Positions 15,345-17,134 of a DNA stretch of 17,134 nt are shown here, one piece after another. The position numbers and the translations under genes are program-made. Under the pieces are notes generated by a model. It was not told where the DNA came from, ran no database searches, and saw only the letters and a list, made by a program, of their open reading frames with translations. How positions within the stretch are numbered: the stretch's first letter is position 1; every line of letters begins with the position of its first letter. Origin of the DNA: Gemmatimonadota bacterium (GTDB lineage Bacteria > Gemmatimonadota > Gemmatimonadetes > Gemmatimonadales > GWC2-71-9); assembly GCA_036679605.1 (NCBI GenBank), contig JAZDCZ010000117.1, positions 1 through 17,134 of the forward strand, in the 5' to 3' direction.

Positions 15345-17042
15345 GCGATGGGCACCAGTGAGGATTGTCGGCCAGACGGCACCCCCGACGAGTGCCAGCT
15401 GGGCAAGAGCGCCCGGGCATTGCTGAGCATCCACGTGAGCGTACGTGAGCCGAGCTATCCTCCGGTTGTAGGCCGCGCCGCCGTGATCCTCGTGGATGAG
15501 ACCGGTAGCTATGCCGGCAAGTACGCAGCACTGTCCGTGTGCGACGCGGCGTGGGGCTACCACGATGGCTGCGCCGACGGTGATTACGTCTACTTCGGGT
15601 GCGCGTACGGTTTGACTCGTCACGATCCCGACGGCGCCAACGGCATCGTCTACATCAACGGTGCGGCTCCGACGGTGGGCACCTGGCGTGCGCTGGCGTA
15701 CGACCCGACCGGCGACGGCGGCAGCGGCAGCTTCTGGGTCGGTAACTTGAGCCAATCGATCGTCGAAGTCGACCGAACCGGCGCCGTGCTCACGACTTGC
15801 ACTAACCTCGACGGATGGTCGTTCCGCGGCTTGGCCTACGACGACAAGACCGGCATGCTATGGGGCCACAACTCCACAGGCCCCGGCAACGCCGAGGTCT
15901 GGGAGGTCGATCCCAACACGTGCCGGACGACGGGCGTCACTTGGTCATCCGATTACGGCTGGGATCCGGGCAACGCAATCCAGGGCGGTTTGAGCATGGC
16001 TCCCAGCGGCATCCTGTACGGGATTTTGCAGGCCGCTCCCGACGCCCTGTTCAGCGCCGAAACCGACGGTACGTTGGGAGGCACGGTTAGTCCGAATCCG
16101 CGCGATATCGAGACCCTCATCGGCGAAAGTGGCGTCCTCGGTATCGCGGTGACCAGTGGCATCGCCGGTGGTGACTGCAACACGAACCTGGTGCCGGATG
16201 AGTGCGACGTCCCGCCGATTTGCGTCGGACCGGATTGTAGCCTGGATTGCAACTCCAACCTGATTCCAGATGAGTGCGAGCTCGCGAACAAGGACTGCAA
16301 TACGAACTTGATACCGGACGACTGCGACATCGCCAGTGGCTACTGCCCGGATTGCAATAGCAACCTGGTACCGGACGAGTGTGAGCTGGGCACCCTGCAC
16401 AATTGTTGTGACACGAGCCACGGAGCCGGCTGCAGTGATGCTGATATCGAGGCATGTGTATGCAGCTCTGATCCATTCTGCTGCGATGCGCAATGGGACG
16501 ACATCTGCGTTGCCAAGGTCGCGGCTATTGAATGCGGATCGTGCGACGGTACCGACTGCAACACAAACGGCGTCCCTGATGATTGTGACATTGCCGCGGG
16601 TACATCCCTCGATGCCAACAACAACCGGATTCCTGATAACTGCCAGAGCGTCGTTTTCGTCTCCGCCGACGCTTTGGGGCAAAATGACGGAACCAGTTGG
16701 AGCGACGCCTACAATGAATTGCAGCAAGCACTGCTCGACGCTCAGCCAGGTGCTGAGCTATGGGTCGCCGCGGGCACGTACACCCCAGACTTCGATGCGA
16801 GTTCCGGTACACATGACGGAGACCAATTGGCCTCCTTTTACCTGCGCCCGACCATCGCACTTTACGGGGGCTTCGCCGGTTGGGAGACCACGCGAGCGCA
16901 GCGGCGCCCGCTCAGCAACCTTACGATTCTAAGCGGCGATCTTGCCGGAAATGACCTGTCCGCGACGTACAGTGCATGGGATCCAACTGTGGATGACAAC
17001 TCGTCTATCATCATCACCTGCTTAGTAATCGTCAAGAAATAA
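15159..17042 (+). CDS. Secreted Cys/Asp-rich multidomain protein (DCNxNxxPDxC repeats, probable beta-propeller, 10-Cys module, start of a beta-helix domain); likely truncated at the 3' end
   Basis: Signal peptide ending AWA|Q. Nine DCNxN(G/L)xPD(E/D)C-like repeats. LAYD..G..W propeller-like blades. CC..HG.GC.D....CVC..DPFCC...WD..CV module. The beta-helix cap (VFVSADA.G.NDG.SW.DAY..LQ.AL...TILSGDLAGND) ends abruptly in LVIVKK*. Confidence 0.85.
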   Translation: MMNRVRHTQFRWLVVFAAGFLVARAGAWAQDCNGNGVLDSTDISGGTSQDCNGNGTPDECDIAMGTSEDCRPDGTPDECQLGKSARALLSIHVSVREPSYPPVVGRAAVILVDETGSYAGKYAALSVCDAAWGYHDGCADGDYVYFGCAYGLTRHDPDGANGIVYINGAAPTVGTWRALAYDPTGDGGSGSFWVGNLSQSIVEVDRTGAVLTTCTNLDGWSFRGLAYDDKTGMLWGHNSTGPGNAEVWEVDPNTCRTTGVTWSSDYGWDPGNAIQGGLSMAPSGILYGILQAAPDALFSAETDGTLGGTVSPNPRDIETLIGESGVLGIAVTSGIAGGDCNTNLVPDECDVPPICVGPDCSLDCNSNLIPDECELANKDCNTNLIPDDCDIASGYCPDCNSNLVPDECELGTLHNCCDTSHGAGCSDADIEACVCSSDPFCCDAQWDDICVAKVAAIECGSCDGTDCNTNGVPDDCDIAAGTSLDANNNRIPDNCQSVVFVSADALGQNDGTSWSDAYNELQQALLDAQPGAELWVAAGTYTPDFDASSGTHDGDQLASFYLRPTIALYGGFAGWETTRAQRRPLSNLTILSGDLAGNDLSATYSAWDPTVDDNSSIIITCLVIVKK

Positions 17043-17134
17043 AATAAAGCAAACAGGGCTCTTGTGACGATGTCGGTATTATGCCGGACGTTGCAATGAT
17101 ACGCCAGAAGTACTTGGCCTTGCGGGGTGCTCTC
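17025..17134. mobile_element. Possible end of an insertion sequence interrupting the upstream gene
   Basis: Abrupt shift to AT-richer GTAATCGTCAAGAAATAAAATAAAG exactly where the beta-helix domain stops. GTAA-starting termini are typical of IS66-family inverted repeats. No transposase is visible inside the window. Confidence 0.3.

Overview
GC-rich bacterial window whose gene content suggests Planctomycetota, probably Phycisphaerae-like (inference from prepilin/H-X9-DG-type proteins, an ECF sigma + Ser/Thr kinase pair, and dockerin-like C-termini). The left part (1-3955) looks like core genome: a GTAG-type REP dyad, a secreted Cys-rich protein built from five C-x3-C-x10-C-x9-C-x10-C-x3-C repeats, a terminator, then homoserine dehydrogenase (hom) and an ApgM-family cofactor-independent phosphoglycerate mutase-like gene. 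The right part (~3990-17134) is accessory, mosaic and encodes mostly secreted proteins. Its main feature is a ~917-bp direct repeat (5899-6815 and 14428-15344, constant offset 8529 bp). Each copy comprises the C-terminal two-thirds of a prepilin-like gene, a sigma70-type promoter with a leader, and the start of a Cys/Asp-repeat secreted protein. The two copies bracket a 1517-aa beta-helix/dockerin-like secreted protein, an ECF sigma factor and a membrane Ser/Thr kinase with an N-terminal zinc-finger anti-sigma motif. The last gene is cut short near 17025 by AT-richer sequence that may be an IS end. No rRNA, tRNA, CRISPR array or intact transposase/integrase was recognised.
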